A stretch of 63,750 nucleotides of DNA, counting the filler, from Xylographa opegraphella (Eukaryota): assembly GCA_022813865.1 (NCBI GenBank). It is 6 parts of 6 records of this genome, joined end to end, with 100 filler letters (N's around TTAATTAATTAA, not from the genome) between each part and the next. Parts side by side here need not be neighbours in the genome. Positions count along the whole stretch, not along the records: positions 21,999 to 32,722 come from JALDZX010000172.1; positions 32,823 to 43,424 come from JALDZX010000173.1; 4 more parts are not named here. One strand, written 5' to 3'. The position numbers were made by a program, and so were the translations under genes. Shown one piece after another: positions 24,483 to 39,057 of this stretch. How positions within the stretch are numbered: the stretch's first letter is position 1; every line of letters starts with the position of its first letter. The notes under the pieces were generated by a model. It was not told the DNA's origin. It worked only from the letters and a program-made list of their open reading frames with translations, and did no database searches.

Positions 24483-26254
24483 CTGTGCCTTCGTTTATTT
24501 TTTGTAATTTTTTATTCTCGAATAATTATACTCGCCCCGGGGGCCTCTTTCGGGGGCGCCTTTTCAGGACTCGAGTTTATAAATTTTGAATTTAATGTTT
24601 TTATTATATATAAATATCGAGATTTATTGCCAAATAAAATTATTATCGAATAATATTTTATCATTAAACAGCAGAAAAACGCTTTCAATAAATATATTTT
24701 TTTAATATTTTTATAAAAAATGATTTCGTTCTTTATTTTTTTATTCCCGAGTAATTTCGAAGTTAATTTCAAAATAATTGTATATTTTTATTTCAATAAA
24801 ATACATAACGCGATCGTTTTATACGTTTCGTTATATTAAAAAAATTAAAATAAAAAACTTTTTAAACCGCAATATTTTTTAGGAAAATCGATACATAATG
24901 TAATTAATAAAAATTTAAAAAAATTTAAAAATCTAAAATAAAGTACGATAAAATTAATTTGATAATTTATCAAATTAATTTTTATATAAAAAATCTGTTA
25001 AAAAATTTCGCACTCGAGTTAAACTCCCTTAATTAATATTTCAAATTTAATAATTTAATAAATTCATTAAATTTAAAAATAATTAAAAGTTTGAAAAATT
25101 CGTTAATCGTTAGATCTTTAATAAATATTTATTAGTAATCAATATTATCGCGTCGAATTTGCTTTTTAAATTAATAATAATAAACGTTAATATATTTAAT
25201 ACGTTTATAATATTTTAAATTATAGAATAATTCGATTAACCCTTGATTACTTTTAAACATAATAAATCTTTTAAAAAATATTTAATTATAGTTTGATAAA
25301 AGATTAAATCTTTATATTAATATTTTTTTTATGTTTTTCGTAAATCGCTATATATTAAATTTCGTATCGTAATAATTTTTTATTTAATCGTTATTTAATT
25401 AATTGATTCGTCGATTATTTCAAATAAATAATTAATAATTAAACGTCAAGTATTTATATCGCCGGCGTAATCGCTACTAATAAATTTTTTTAAATGAATT
25501 ATTTTAATAAATAATCTTTAAATCAAGCGTTATTTTAAAATAAATAAAATTTTAATATAACGCGTTTTAATTAAATTAATTAATATTCAACGCGAATAAA
25601 GAAATCTTTAAAATAAAAATATAATATATAATATTTAATTAAATATTAAATATTAAATATTAAATATTAAATATTAAATATTAAATATTAAATATTAAAC
25701 ATTAAATATATTAAAGATTTAATTTTTATTTAATATTTAATAATATTCTCGACGTTAATTTATTTAATAAATTTTTTTAAAAAGGCGTTAATAACTATAA
25801 ACATAATTACAAAAATAATTTTTTTATAATTATATTTTTTAAAAATTTAATAAACGTAATAACGTTAAATTATATAAATATTTTCGTTAAAAGCGTTTCG
25901 AGTAATAACAAAATCGAATTTTTTTTAATTTATTTAAAAATTTTATTGAAAATTTTAACGATAGTTAATTTTTTAATAATCGAATAACGATCGATATTTA
26001 ACTAAATATTAATAAATATTTAATATATATTATTATTATTATTATTATTATGATACCGTTTTTATTAGTAAATAAAACGGAAATTTTCAAATATTATTAA
26101 AATCTCGACCCGCGTAAATATTCGAGAATTTTAATATATTATATTTAATTGAATTATTTATATTCGTATAGAAAATTCTTTAAAATTTAAAGTAAAAATT
26201 CTTCGGGACTTCGAAATTCGTAAATTATTTAATATAAAAATGTTCGATTATATT

Positions 26255-26503
26255 TGTTACAGCTCGCTATCTCACCAGAAAGGCAGGCCTAGAACCACAG
26301 CTATAGGTGAGCGATTTCAACCTAGAATAATATAAGGAAGCAAGTTTAGTAATACANNNNNNNNNNNNNNNNNNNNNNNNNNNNNNNNNNNNNNNNNNNN
26401 NNNNNNNNNNNNNNNNNNNNNNNNNNNNNNNNNNNNNNNCCGGACGCGCTTTAGTCCCGTTCCGTCTATCACTTATTAAGGTGCCATGTAACACGCCGTT
26501 ACA
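26255..26503. mobile_element. Solo LTR family A (internal N gap)
   Basis: Matches the 21252 copy; TSD ATATT. Confidence 0.9.
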
Positions 26504-28815
26504 ATATTAACGTTTGAATTATTATTTCAACGTTTATTTAATAAATTAATATTTAAAATATTATTATACAAATCAATAAAAATTTATAAATAATAAATTT
26601 AATTATTAAAACGAAAATCTCGTCGTAATTAATTTTATATTATTAATAAAAAAAATTGGCGATTTAATAAATTTTATATTTAAATTTTTCTTTCGAGAAT
26701 TAATTTTGACGTAAATATTTATATTCTTTCTTAATAGCCTTTCGGCTTTTAATTAAAAATAAAAAAATTAATATTTTCAATATTATTTATTGAATTACGA
26801 TATTTATTTTTTATAATAATTTATTATTTAAAAATATTGAAGCTAATTATAGCTTTCGCGTAATTTTTTTTTCAAAAAATATAATAAAATATTATTATTA
26901 TTTTTTTAATAAAATAAATTTTGTTAAAGTTTTCACTTTCACAGAGTAAATTAAAAATATTAAAAAATAACGTTTAATAAGAAACGACCCGGCCCTAATT
27001 GCCCCCCGTTGCTTTTTTACACTTTTATAAAAGGTATTTAAAGGCATAAAAAACCACTTTGAACAGAATTTTTATATAAAATAAAGAACTTCTTTTGTTG
27101 TAAAAAACGTATTTAATTTATATTATAATTTATTTTATAGAATACGAACCTTTAATACAATTCTATACGAAAATATTATTTCTTTAAAAATAATAAATTT
27201 ATTACTGTACCTTTTTACATATCTTTAAAATAAATATATTAAAAGTACAATTAAATTCAATCCCAAATATTGCAAAAGGCAACAAAAAAATATCATAAAA
27301 AATAATCGCGTTAAGGTAAAAAAATTTAATAAATATAAAATTTTAAAAATTATTTAAAAAATTTAATTATATAAATAAATACATTTTTTTAATTTTAAAG
27401 AAATAGTATTTTGAAGCTAAAAAAATCGTTTTTCGTTATTATTGATATACAAGAACAAGTTTAAAAATAAAAAACTTTTATTTTAAAAAATATTTCGAAA
27501 ACCTTGATAACGAAAATTTTGGATGGCTAAAAATTTTACGACGCTTAAAATCGAGATTAAAAGAATTTTCGAATTATTTAACGAAAAAAATATAGCTATA
27601 TAAATTATATCGTATTTTAAATAAAAAGATCTTTACGCGAAATATTTAACTCGATTTTAATAATACGCAATTTGAGTTATATAAAATAACGATACTTTAA
27701 TTACAATATATCGCAAAAAACTTAAAAACTCGATAAAAAATAAGTTAATAAAAATTAACATCGTATTTAAAATTGTAAATTAAATAATCGAGAAATATAT
27801 AGAAATCGATAACAAATTATATAGAAAAAATTATAAAACGAAAATACAGTAAAAATTAATTATTAAAAACCGATTTTAAAGTAAAAAAAAATTATATAAA
27901 ATGTTAAACTTTTATAAATTTATACTAATAGAAATAAACGTAGTTTAAAAACAAAAGCAGGGGTTTGGAAAACAATATTTACGAAAAAAAAATATTTATT
28001 ACGTATATAAAAAAATCGATTATGTTGCTAAAAACTGTCGATCGAGAAATAAAATATTTAAATTATAAATAAATATATATTTAAAAATTTTGATAAAGTC
28101 GAAATTTAGAAAAAAAAAACAATCAGCTATTGTTATATTAAAAAAATACGAAATTTACTAGAATTTTAACCAATCAGGTTAGTACCAGCAAAACGCGCGA
28201 AAAAATTAATTTTCGAAAAAATTATATTTAATATAAAATAAATAGCTTTTAAATAAAAATTAATAATAATAAAGAAAGCGACTGAAAGGTTAATAATTTA
28301 TAAATTAAAAAAAACTCCGAGGAATAAAACGTTAAGTCAGATTATCTTAAAAATTAAATTTATATAAAAAATTAACGAACCAATATCGTCGACGAAAATT
28401 AAAAAAATAAATATGTAAAATTATCGAATAAACCGAGAATATTTATATTATAATATGATATATAGTAGTATTTATACGAGTATTTACTGTAAAATTTATT
28501 AAAAAATTATAAATATAATAATTATACAGAAAGAGCCTATTGTAGTATTTAAATTTAAAACAAATATTTTGAAAATAAATACCTTTAATATTTGAGAGAA
28601 AAACGAAAATATTTACGATTTTTAAACTATATATAAGAATTTTGCTATAATTTTATTGCGTACGAAACGCGTTTAAAAAAAACTGCGAAAATTTATTATA
28701 ATAATAGTATTTTTATAAAAAATATATAACGTATATAAAAATTAAAGAAATTTACGGCTATTTCGAACAGGAAAAAAAATTATATATTATAAAAAATATA
28801 TAGAAATTAATATAA

Positions 28816-29004
28816 TATTGAAACTAATCACTAGGCACAGGTAATGGCAGCAGGTAACAGTGCATTGCTTAATCACTAAGAAGGTGAAGAGTTCTTCTGG
28901 AGACGGGGCTCCANNNNNNNNNNNNNNNNNNNNNACTAAGCTAGGCCTAATCGGCTATAGTAAAGGACCAACAACACAGACTGCTAACGCCCTGATTTTC
29001 AACA
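28816..29004 (-). mobile_element. Solo Copia-type LTR, family C variant
   Basis: Homologous to 53992-54181; TSD TATAA. Confidence 0.88.
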
Positions 29005-29133
29005 TATAATATATTTTAAAATATATTGAAAGAAATCAGACTGTATAAATTTTATAAAAATTTCGATTAAAATAAATAATTATCGAATAATCGTGTTATT
29101 AAATATTAAAATTAATTCGAATTATATATTTAA

Positions 29134-29364
29134 TGTAACGGCGTGTTACATGGCACCTTAACAAGTGATAGACGGAACGGGACTAAAGCGCGTCCGGGAC
29201 TCAGGCTAGTTCGAAAGCGGTTAGGAGTCTTGGCGTTAGCACTGTTTATTTTAACTTCTACGTGTATTACTAAACTTGCTTCCTTATATTATTCTAGGTT
29301 GANATCGCTCACCTATAGCTGTGGTTCTAGGCCTGCTTTTCTGGTGAGATAGCGAGCTGTAACA
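29134..29364. mobile_element. Solo LTR family A (231 bp, opposite orientation to 21252)
   Basis: TGTAACGGCGTG...GAGCTGTAACA; TSD TTTAA. Confidence 0.92.
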
Positions 29365-31935
29365 TTTAACACTTTCGCGGAGAGCTGCGATATTAAATTT
29401 TTAATTTTAAAACAAATTTAAATAATAATAATCGACGAATTGTTAAAAAACCGGTATATAAAACCACTTTTTATCGCTATTTATTAACATTGTAACAGAT
29501 AGCCTTTAACATAATTATTATAGCCAGGTATTATATTATTTTAAATTTATTTTAATGAATCAAGTACAACGTATTTTGAAATTAAAGTAGAAAAATATTT
29601 ATAAAAAAATATCAATCGCGTTATTAATATATATTTTATACATCGATAAAGAACCATGGTAAATAAAAAAAATTTAAAAATTAATTGAAATTATAAAATT
29701 TTTATTTTCAAATAAAAACGATTTTACTTAAAAGTTCGATTTAATACGTATTAGCAAAAATTAATAAAATAATTAAAATTAAAATCCAAAAAAATGTAAC
29801 GCATTTTTTAATATCTCTAAAAAAATATAAAGCGTAAATATATTTTTTTTTAAAAAGAAGAAAAGTTCAACGCTTTATTTAAGCACGAATTTTAAAATTG
29901 CGAAATTAATTTTAAATTAGGAGAAAATTAATATTTAAATTGATATACGATATATTAAAGAAAGAACTTCGAGAGTTTCGTATATATATTAATAAAAGTT
30001 TAAAAAAACTATACGGGAATTAGAATTCTTAGTAAAATATTTTAAAATATTTATGTTTAAAAAAGATAAAAGTTTAAATTTTTATATTAATTATCGAAAG
30101 TTAAACAATATCATTATAAAAAATTAATATTCGCTACCAAAAATCAGCGAAATACGAAATAAATTTTAATAAAATAAAAACTTTTATTAAGCTTGACCTT
30201 AAAGGCGTACATAATTCAATTAAAATAAAAAAAGACGAAAAATAGAAAATTGTATTTCGAAATAAACATAAATACTACGAATATTTAATTATATTTTTTA
30301 AATTCATTAATAAACTAGCTATTTATTCAACATGAATTAATAACGTATTAAAAATATATTTAAATTGAATTATAAAAATTAATTTAAACAATATACTTGT
30401 TTACTCGAAATTAGCAAAAATATAGATAAAATATATACAGAAAATACTTACATGTTTGAAGAAAACGAGACTGCTTTTTAAATTAAAAAATATAAATTTA
30501 ATAAAAATAAAGTAGCTTTTTTAAAATTCAAAATTTATAATTAATAAAAATAAAAATAAAAATAAAATAAATTTAAAAAAAATACGAGCTATACTCGAAT
30601 AGCCTAAATTAATAATAATAATAAAATTTTGAAATCTTTAAAATTTATAAATTTTAATAAAAATTTTATTAAAAATTACTTTAAAAAAGCGATACCCCTA
30701 ACGAATTTAATACATAAAAATAAATACTTTAAATTGAATTTAAAATAACAATGAGCCTTTAATATTTGAAAAAAAATTCTATAAAATTATTAGTTTTAAT
30801 GATATTTTAGGTAAAAAAATCTGTTCAAATAAAAATTAATATATCGAACTTGGCCATTAAAGCATATTTATTATAAATAAAAAATAAAAAATGGTATTTC
30901 GTTATATATTATTTAAAAAAATATCGTAATTAAAACAGAATGACGATATTTATAATAAAAACTATTTATAATAGCAATATTTATATAGAATTAAAAAATA
31001 TATATCGAAAGTTATTTAAAATTTACGATTTATACGAACTATAAAAATTTGTTAAATTTTACCAACGATAAAAGTATTTAATAGAAAATAAATGCGATGG
31101 ACTAAACTTTTAAAATAATATAAATTTAAAATCGTTTATATTTTAAATAATAATAATAAAAAAACAAATATGTTTAGTAGAAAAAAAGACCTTATAAATA
31201 AAGAATTAATAAATAAAATACTATTAAAATTAAATAATCAAAGCGTACTAATTTCAGTACGACAAATCGCAGCCTTTAAAATAAAAATTGTAAATGAAAT
31301 TTTAAAAAACTTATTAGCAAAATAAATAATTAAGCATTATTATAATAAATCAACAAATAAATATTCAATAATTATTAAAACAATAGAATTTATAAAAGAA
31401 GTTATAACCTTTCGAGCATAAAAAATGTATAAAAATATATATTAAAAAATATATATTATATTAAAAAAACAAAATTATAACATATACGATATATAGAAAT
31501 ATTCAGTTCGTAAAAATACCAACATTTTTATAAAAATAAAATTCGGTAAACTTTATTATTTAAATTACTAAAGTTTTAAACTTGTGTTACGAAATAATTA
31601 TATAATTCGATTATAATAATAATAAATAAGTTTATAAAGTACTTTATTATAATGTTTTTTAAGAAAATATATACGACGTAACAATTTATATTTTTAATAT
31701 TAAATTAATTAATACGGGACCACGAATTCTCAGTAAAAATAATATTAAATAAAAACAAATTGTTTATATTTAGTTTTTAAAAGACTTTAATATTTAAACT
31801 AGGAATTAAATTGAAAATATTAACGATTTATTATTTATAAATTAATAAATAAATTAAACGAATAAACTAAAGTTTCAAAATATACCTCAAACACTATATT
31901 AATTTTAAATAAAATGATTGTTTATTATTGTTATT

Positions 31936-32123
31936 TGCTGAAAATCAGGGCGTTAGCAGTCTGTGTTGTTGATCCTTTACTATAGCCGATTAGGCCTAGC
32001 TTAGTGCAGAACTAGAGGAGTCTTCTGGAGCCCCGTCTCCAGAAGAACTCTTCACCTTCTTAGTGATTAAGCAATGCACTGTTACCTGCTGCCATTACCT
32101 GTGCCTAGTGATTAGTTTCAATA
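31936..32123 (+). mobile_element. Solo Copia-type LTR, family C variant (188 bp)
   Basis: TGCTGAAAATCAGGG...GTTTCAATA; TSD TTATT; a partial copy lies at 32823-32882. Confidence 0.9.
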
Positions 32124-32722
32124 TTATTATTAAAAAATTGATACTAAACGATAAGCAGTTCGCGATAACTGATTTTATATCTTTTTTTACGAATATAAAA
32201 CATTATTTAAATATATTTAAAAAACCAAAAATAAAGCTAAATATCGATAGGGTAATGATATTAACAAAAAGTTTAAAAAACCGCATAACGTTTTTAATGA
32301 AAAAACTATTTCAAATAATCAAAAATGAAAATAGCCAGGATTAAATTAGCGAAAAATAGATTTTAGCTAAAAAAAGGGATAAAATATACTTTTCTATAAA
32401 AAAATTATTAATTAGCAGAAAACGAAATGAAAATTTTAACTACGTTAAAATAGAATTATTTTTAATGAAGCAAGTTAAAAACTTAATTATTTATTTTCTT
32501 AATTTATTTAAAAACGCAAAAGTATATTTAATATTTTATATCTTTTGTCTGAAATTAGCGAATTTTAGTACTCCGTTATAAATAATCTTTCGTTATAATA
32601 AAAAAAGAAACAGGAATTTAAAATAAAAAAAATTTAATTTTTTTTTATAATTACTTTATTAAGGTTCAGGCCAGAACCGGGTGAGCTCGGCGCGGAGGAA
32701 CCCTGACGCGGCGGCTGCTCAG

Positions 32723-32822
32723 NNNNNNNNNNNNNNNNNNNNNNNNNNNNNNNNNNNNNNNNNNNNTTAATTAATTAANNNNNNNNNNNNNNNNNNNNNN
32801 NNNNNNNNNNNNNNNNNNNNNN
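32723..32822. other. Artificial scaffold linker
   Basis: N44-TTAATTAATTAA-N44. Confidence 0.97.
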
Positions 32823-33189
32823 TGATTAAGCAATGCACTGTTACCTGCTGCCATTACCTGTGCCTAGTGATTAGTTTCAATAATATCAATTTTATTTTAA
32901 TTAATTATAAACTCGAGTTCGCGTAACGATTAAAATAATCGATCGTATGAAATAAGTTAATACTCGATAATTTATTATAAAATTCCATCTTAATAAATAT
33001 TATAATTATTTATTACGCGTTTTTACGATAAAAATAAATAAACATATATTAAAAGATTTTTATTACGCGTTTAAAAAAATTAACTTTGCAATTATTTATT
33101 ACGCGACTTTTTTAACAAAAATAAATAAATATATATTCTCGCGGATTTTATTACGCGGTTTTAAAAATTAAATAAATTTTCAATAATTT

Positions 33190-33380
33190 TGTTAATTGGT
33201 AGAAGCATCACTTGCTGGTAGGCATAAAGGAATACCTGAAGGCTAGTTCTATTTATGTATAGCGTAGTTCAGTACTAGCGTAGGAGGTATATGTCACGTT
33301 CTCGTGGCCTATACCGAACTTCACCGAATATACGATTACTGTTGCCCCCGCCCTGATCCAAATACACGTGCCTTTTAATA
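33190..33380. mobile_element. LTR family D (191 bp)
   Basis: Near-identical reverse complement of 60333-60523; starts TGTTAATTGG; no clear TSD. Confidence 0.82.
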
Positions 33381-36300
33381 TGATATATTATTTAAATTAA
33401 TTCGTCCATTTATAATCAAATTTAAAAAATTTCGCATCGAGTCGTAACGATTATAAAATATACTAAATATTGTTTTAATAGAATTTATACGTCGTATTTT
33501 AAATGAAATCTTAAATTTAAAGCTTCGAATTATAAAATATTACGATTAAATAAAGTAGTAATTTGGAATTTTTATTAAACAAAGGGGTTTTATTCATTTT
33601 AAACTTTATAATAATTTCAAACTTATTTTTTATTTTTTTTTAATTATAAATTTTTTTAATACGAATTTTATTGTGATAATAACGTAATATAATAATTACA
33701 AATATTAATTTTCGCGTAATAACTCGTTTCGTATATTATTGAAGGGTTCGTTCGACGATTTTTAATATTATAATTTATTTCAATTTTTGAAGCTTTAAAG
33801 CTTGTCTAACTATATTAAATAAAATAAAAATCGATTAAAAAAATTTAAAATAGTAATCGTAAATTAATATTGGTAATAATACAAAATAGAATAAACGAAA
33901 AAGCAATAATATATATATTATAGTTATAAAAATTATAATATTTTTAGATTAATTTAACGTCGTTGACGAAAATAAAATTTTTATTCGTAATTCAAATATT
34001 CACGAAGACTAAAGAAATTTAAATAATAATATTATTTATTGATTAACGATTTTGATTATTAAATAAACTTGAAACGATTTATAATATTTAATTGACTATA
34101 AATTGCTCACAATAGATTCTATTTGTAAATCAATTAAATCAACTATTTTTAATTATAAATTAAATAATAACAAAAGTTAAAACCTTGGTTATAATATGAT
34201 TTTTTTTATTAATATAATTTTTTATATAAAATCTTTAGTAATTCAATTGAATACATAAATAAATAAGTAAAAGTCTTCAATTAAAATCGTAACTTTATGA
34301 AATTTTTACTAAAAAAATATTATTTATTTAATAAATAATTTAAAAAAGTTGATTTAATTTATTATCGTATAAAGATTTCTGCTCGTGTATATATTGTAAA
34401 GAAAAGAGTATTAAAAGTTTTTTTCAAAAGAATAAGCTAAAAATAATAACGTTTTTTAAATTTATTATATTAATTTCTGTAGAAATTAACCCGAATTATT
34501 AATTAAATAAAATATTAAATAAATATAATTTTTCTTTTTTTCAGCAATAAAAGTAAGTATATTTCAATCGATCGCGACCTTTTGTTTTTTTTTATATAAA
34601 TAAAAGATTTACGTTTAAATCGATCCGCGATTTTTTATATAAAAAAATAGGCTACGTTTAAATTTATAGTTAATTTTTAATTTTTTATAAATAAAGAATT
34701 TAAGGCTTTAAGCAGGTAAATAGAAATAGAAAGAATAAACCGTTTTTTATTGTTTAAAACAACTTTAAGTGGTAAACGCTATATATTTTTATTTTTTTTA
34801 TAAATTAAAAAAAGGTTATCGTATATTATAATAAACTATTAATGATAAAATTTAATACTTTACTCGAATAATTTTTAAATTATAATATCAAAAAATATAT
34901 TAAGAAATTGATTATAACAATTTTTAAAAAGAAAAGTTGAATATTTGATTAATAATTAGCAACGGGTCGCTAAATATTAATCATTAAAGATATTAAATAA
35001 AACTAAATGCGAAATAAATTATATAATGTTTTTAACAAAAATATTTTTTTCAATTTTATTTGTGTTTTATAAATTTTTTTAATTAAAAAAATGAATCGAT
35101 AATTACTAAAATTTATCATTATAAAATTGGAAAGTTTTTTTGAAAATTTTAACGAATTTTTTTTAATGCCCGTTAAGTTAAATTTTTATTCAAAAATATT
35201 TTTCAATTCTAGCGTTTATAATTATAATTGTCGAAGAAAAAATTAATTTATTTATAAAATATTGAAAAGAATTTATTATTAATAGTAGTTGAAGTCGTTT
35301 ATATTATTATAACTGTCGAAAGAAAATCGCAACACGGTTGTTTTTTTATAAAATTTTCAATTTAAATATAATAATTTATTAATAAATTACTATAAAAACT
35401 GTTATAAATTTTTATAATAAATAAAAAGCACTTTAAATTTATTTTATAATTTTTATATTTCAATTCCTTTTTATTTTAATAACGCAGCTTTCAGTAATAT
35501 AATCGAATAATAAATAATAAATAATTTCAATATATTTTAAACTACGCAAACATTTATAAAAAAAATCTATAAATTTAAATCGTCGAAATCTTTTTCTTAA
35601 TTTGATATTTATTTTTTGTTTTTAATAATGTTTTGTTTGAATTTTCCTAAAAATCTTAAATTATTATTTTTATTACTTTTTATTTTTAGGCAGGGTTGTT
35701 ATTGTTTTTAATTATTAATAAAAATTTATATTTTAATTATAATTTAATTATTAATACATATTTTTTGAAAGTAATTTTAAAATATATAAATTTTTGCGAT
35801 CGCGATAAAAATTATTATTAATAAATTATTTATTTATATATTTTTTATTTAACGTGAATTCTTTTTTTATTCGGCTAAACTATTTTGAAAATATTTTATA
35901 ATCTCGATTTTATTAATTTTATCGGCTATTTCGACCTTTTTTATGTTTTATTAAAATAAATTATACGCTTTCGATTTTTAATAATATGAAAATTAGCTAA
36001 TAATTTATTTAAAAAAAACCTTTTCATAAAAATAAATTTTATAAAACGATCGCGAGGCTTTCGAATTTTGAAATGAGTATTTTTTATTATTAAACTAATA
36101 AATTTCTTTTTTATTAGTGTATTAAAAAGATTATATTAATAAATTTAAACGAATGACGATAAATTTTTTTATTAATATAAAAAATTTCGTCAAATTTTTA
36201 ACTAAATTTGCGCTTGCTGAACTATTCGTAATTCTTATAAAATCAATTATAATAATTCTTATAAAATCAATTATAATAATTCTTATAATTATTATTTAAA

Positions 36301-39057
36301 TATATTTTCAATGTATATTCGCGTTTTTCTTTTAAATAAAAAGAATTAAAATATAATTTATTAACGTATTCGCGTTTTATTTCAAATCTATATAATGATA
36401 TATAAAAATAATTATAGCAATTTTAAATAATATTATAAATTTGAAAAATATTAAAATACTATATAATAATAAAATAATCGAAATTACGTTAATTAATTTA
36501 TCGAATAAAGGTTAAATTACATATATATTTTTTAAAATACGCGATTGCAATTTTATTTTGTAAATAATATTTTTGATTACGCGTATATTAATTTGATTTA
36601 TAATATAGAAATTCTTTTTTATTTTTTATATAAACTTTTAACCTTTCGATATAACGAAATGATGTTTATAATTGTATTTAATAAATATTTTTTTAAATAT
36701 TACGATAAATAAAAATACTTAAACATTAATTTATTTGCGATAAATTTCAATTTAATTTTTTTAAAAAGATTCCTTTATTTAATAATACTCTGAATTTCTT
36801 TTATATTAATATATATTCTCTTTGATTTAATAAAACTTTTAACAATAAATAGAAAAAGAATTAACATATATTAATCGCAGTAATATAGTATAGTAAAAAT
36901 TAAAAAAAATAACGCGTATTTGATTAGAAATCATTCACTATAAAAGTAAAAACCTCGAATAAATTTACAATTAATTAAATAAAATTATAATAATAAAGAA
37001 AAAAGTTACTGTTAAAAAAACAAATAATTATAAAGGAAAAAAAAGAAAGATACCGAAAAAAGCGACTTTTGATATAAAAATTGTATTTAATAGAAAAGTT
37101 TTACTATTAATTATCGAGTAAGTAAAAAATAAAAACGTTATAAACCTGGCCGTAAATAATAATTATATTTATAATAATTTTTAGATTAATCCCTTGCTTA
37201 ATCGTAGTATTGTTATAAATTTAAAATTTATAAATTTTACGAATTTTTAATATCGAAATTGCCGTTTTAAAGGTTTATTTACTTTATTATTTTAAATATT
37301 AAAATAATATTTAATTTACGCTTTTAACGTATTATTTTAAGTTTTTTTTAAAAAATAATAAAAGTTTTTGTCGTTAATATATTCGAAAGTAAATTTTATT
37401 ATTTAATTTAAATATAATAATAATTATAATATTATAATAATACTTATTTGAGTTATTCATATTATAAAATTATTTTGTTATTTAAAAATGTTTTGTTGAT
37501 TAATTAATTTAAAGGAATAATAACGAGAGATCGTAATTATATATATTTTTATAATTTTTTTATTAATTAATATATAAACTTCTATGCGTAGTCAGGAGAA
37601 AATTTTAATATAAAAAATTCAATCCTTTAAGTAAATTTTATATAATTAAATTAATTCAGTTTAATTTAATTTAATTTACAAAAAAACCCAATTCAATTTA
37701 AAAAAACTCAATCCAGAGTAAATTGAATTGTTTACTCAATAACTCAGTTTAATTTAATTTATGCCGCAGTGTACTTTCGCGAATATTTTCGCATTTTAAT
37801 ATTCACGATAACGCAAGTCTGCGACCCCTGCGATTTTTGAAAACTTTAAGAACTTTATTAAGGCCTCGAGCGCGAACCCGCGCGAATTATATATTTCGTA
37901 CGAAAAAGAAATATTATTCGTATTTTACGAGAGAGAATTTGAATATAAATTTTCCAGCCTTTTAATCTCGTATTTTACACAATTATATACTCTAAAAAAT
38001 TATGAATAATATCGTCGCATAAAAAAGTAATTTTTGATAAAACAGTTATTTATATAATTATTAAATAAATTTCTCGATAAAATCGATTCAAATCGACGAC
38101 AAAAACATATAAATATTATTATATTATATAACGTATATAATTTTCTTTAAAATGCTTGGCGTTTAATTTTGATTTATATATTTATTTAAATTTTATAAAA
38201 ATGTATTAAAAAATGTTCGTTAATTTTTTGATATAAATATAAATTGAATCAAAATTCGTCGAAAAAACGTCGATTTTAACAAGAGATTTATTATTAATAT
38301 ATTTTAAATTTTAAATTGTAAATTGATAAATAATTATATATTAAATATATTAATCGTAATATTAAATTTATTCTGCGATTATTATATAAAATTAATGAAA
38401 ATCTCACAAAATTTATATTATTAATATGCGTAAATCACGTTTAAAATTCATTTGATTTTAAAATGTTTAAAAATTGCAATGTTGTAAAGCAATAATTATA
38501 AAAAGATTAATATTGTTACATATCAAAAGACAATAAATATATTGTTGAATTCTGGTAAATTTTACTGCAGGGGTTTTAGCGTGGCATTAACGATTATTAT
38601 GCTTGCAAACACAGTACTACGAAATCGAGTTCCCCATCCATCAATTACCCTGTTATGGTGAGAGCCTTAGCACTGAAGCGTTGCGCCCGAACCTACCGTA
38701 TGTTCCCGCTTTTGGTTCCCCAATCAACTCAAAGCAGCAAGCTTTTGTTGACGAGAAACCTTTCTGTACCAGTTTCTCAAACGAGTCATTTGTTCACTTC
38801 AGCATCAATGATCTACAGCTATCGTTCCGTTGCTTCATGAAGTATCAATATATTCTTTCTTCTTCAACCACGTTGCACTACGCGCCAACGTCGCCATATA
38901 TTTTGCCGAGAAAGATCTGCGATCTGTAATCCTTTCTCGATGTTCCCTTTTGCTTTATTTGACTTCAACTCTAGTAATAAGCGGCTGTTTGCCGTATACT
39001 TCTTCCGTTCTTCTTCTCCGCCTAGCAGGTCTCAATTCTCCCGTGATTTCATGAATT

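Larger units (their letters stand above)
27200..32640 (+). mobile_element. Heavily RIP-mutated Ty3/Gypsy retrotransposon relic with three nested solo LTRs; limits approximate
   Basis: Reversing transitions recovers a gag CCHC knuckle (~28000-28040), RT motifs resembling FVPKKDGSLRLCVDYRKLN (~30050), KLDLxGAYNLIRIKEGDEWKTAFR (~30190) and YLDDILVYS (~30380), and RNase H motifs resembling ETDASDLAIGA (~30830) and NYDIHDKELL (~30940). Confidence 0.8.

Noticed and set aside
29143..29352. Repeated small ORF MLHGTLTSDRRNGTKARP (also in ORFs at 21343 and 26267)
   Set aside because: Lies inside family A solo LTRs and has a non-ATG start; repetition reflects LTR copy number
38603..39054. ORFs upstream of UBP8
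   Set aside because: Non-ATG or short with no motifs; more likely promoter or 5' UTR
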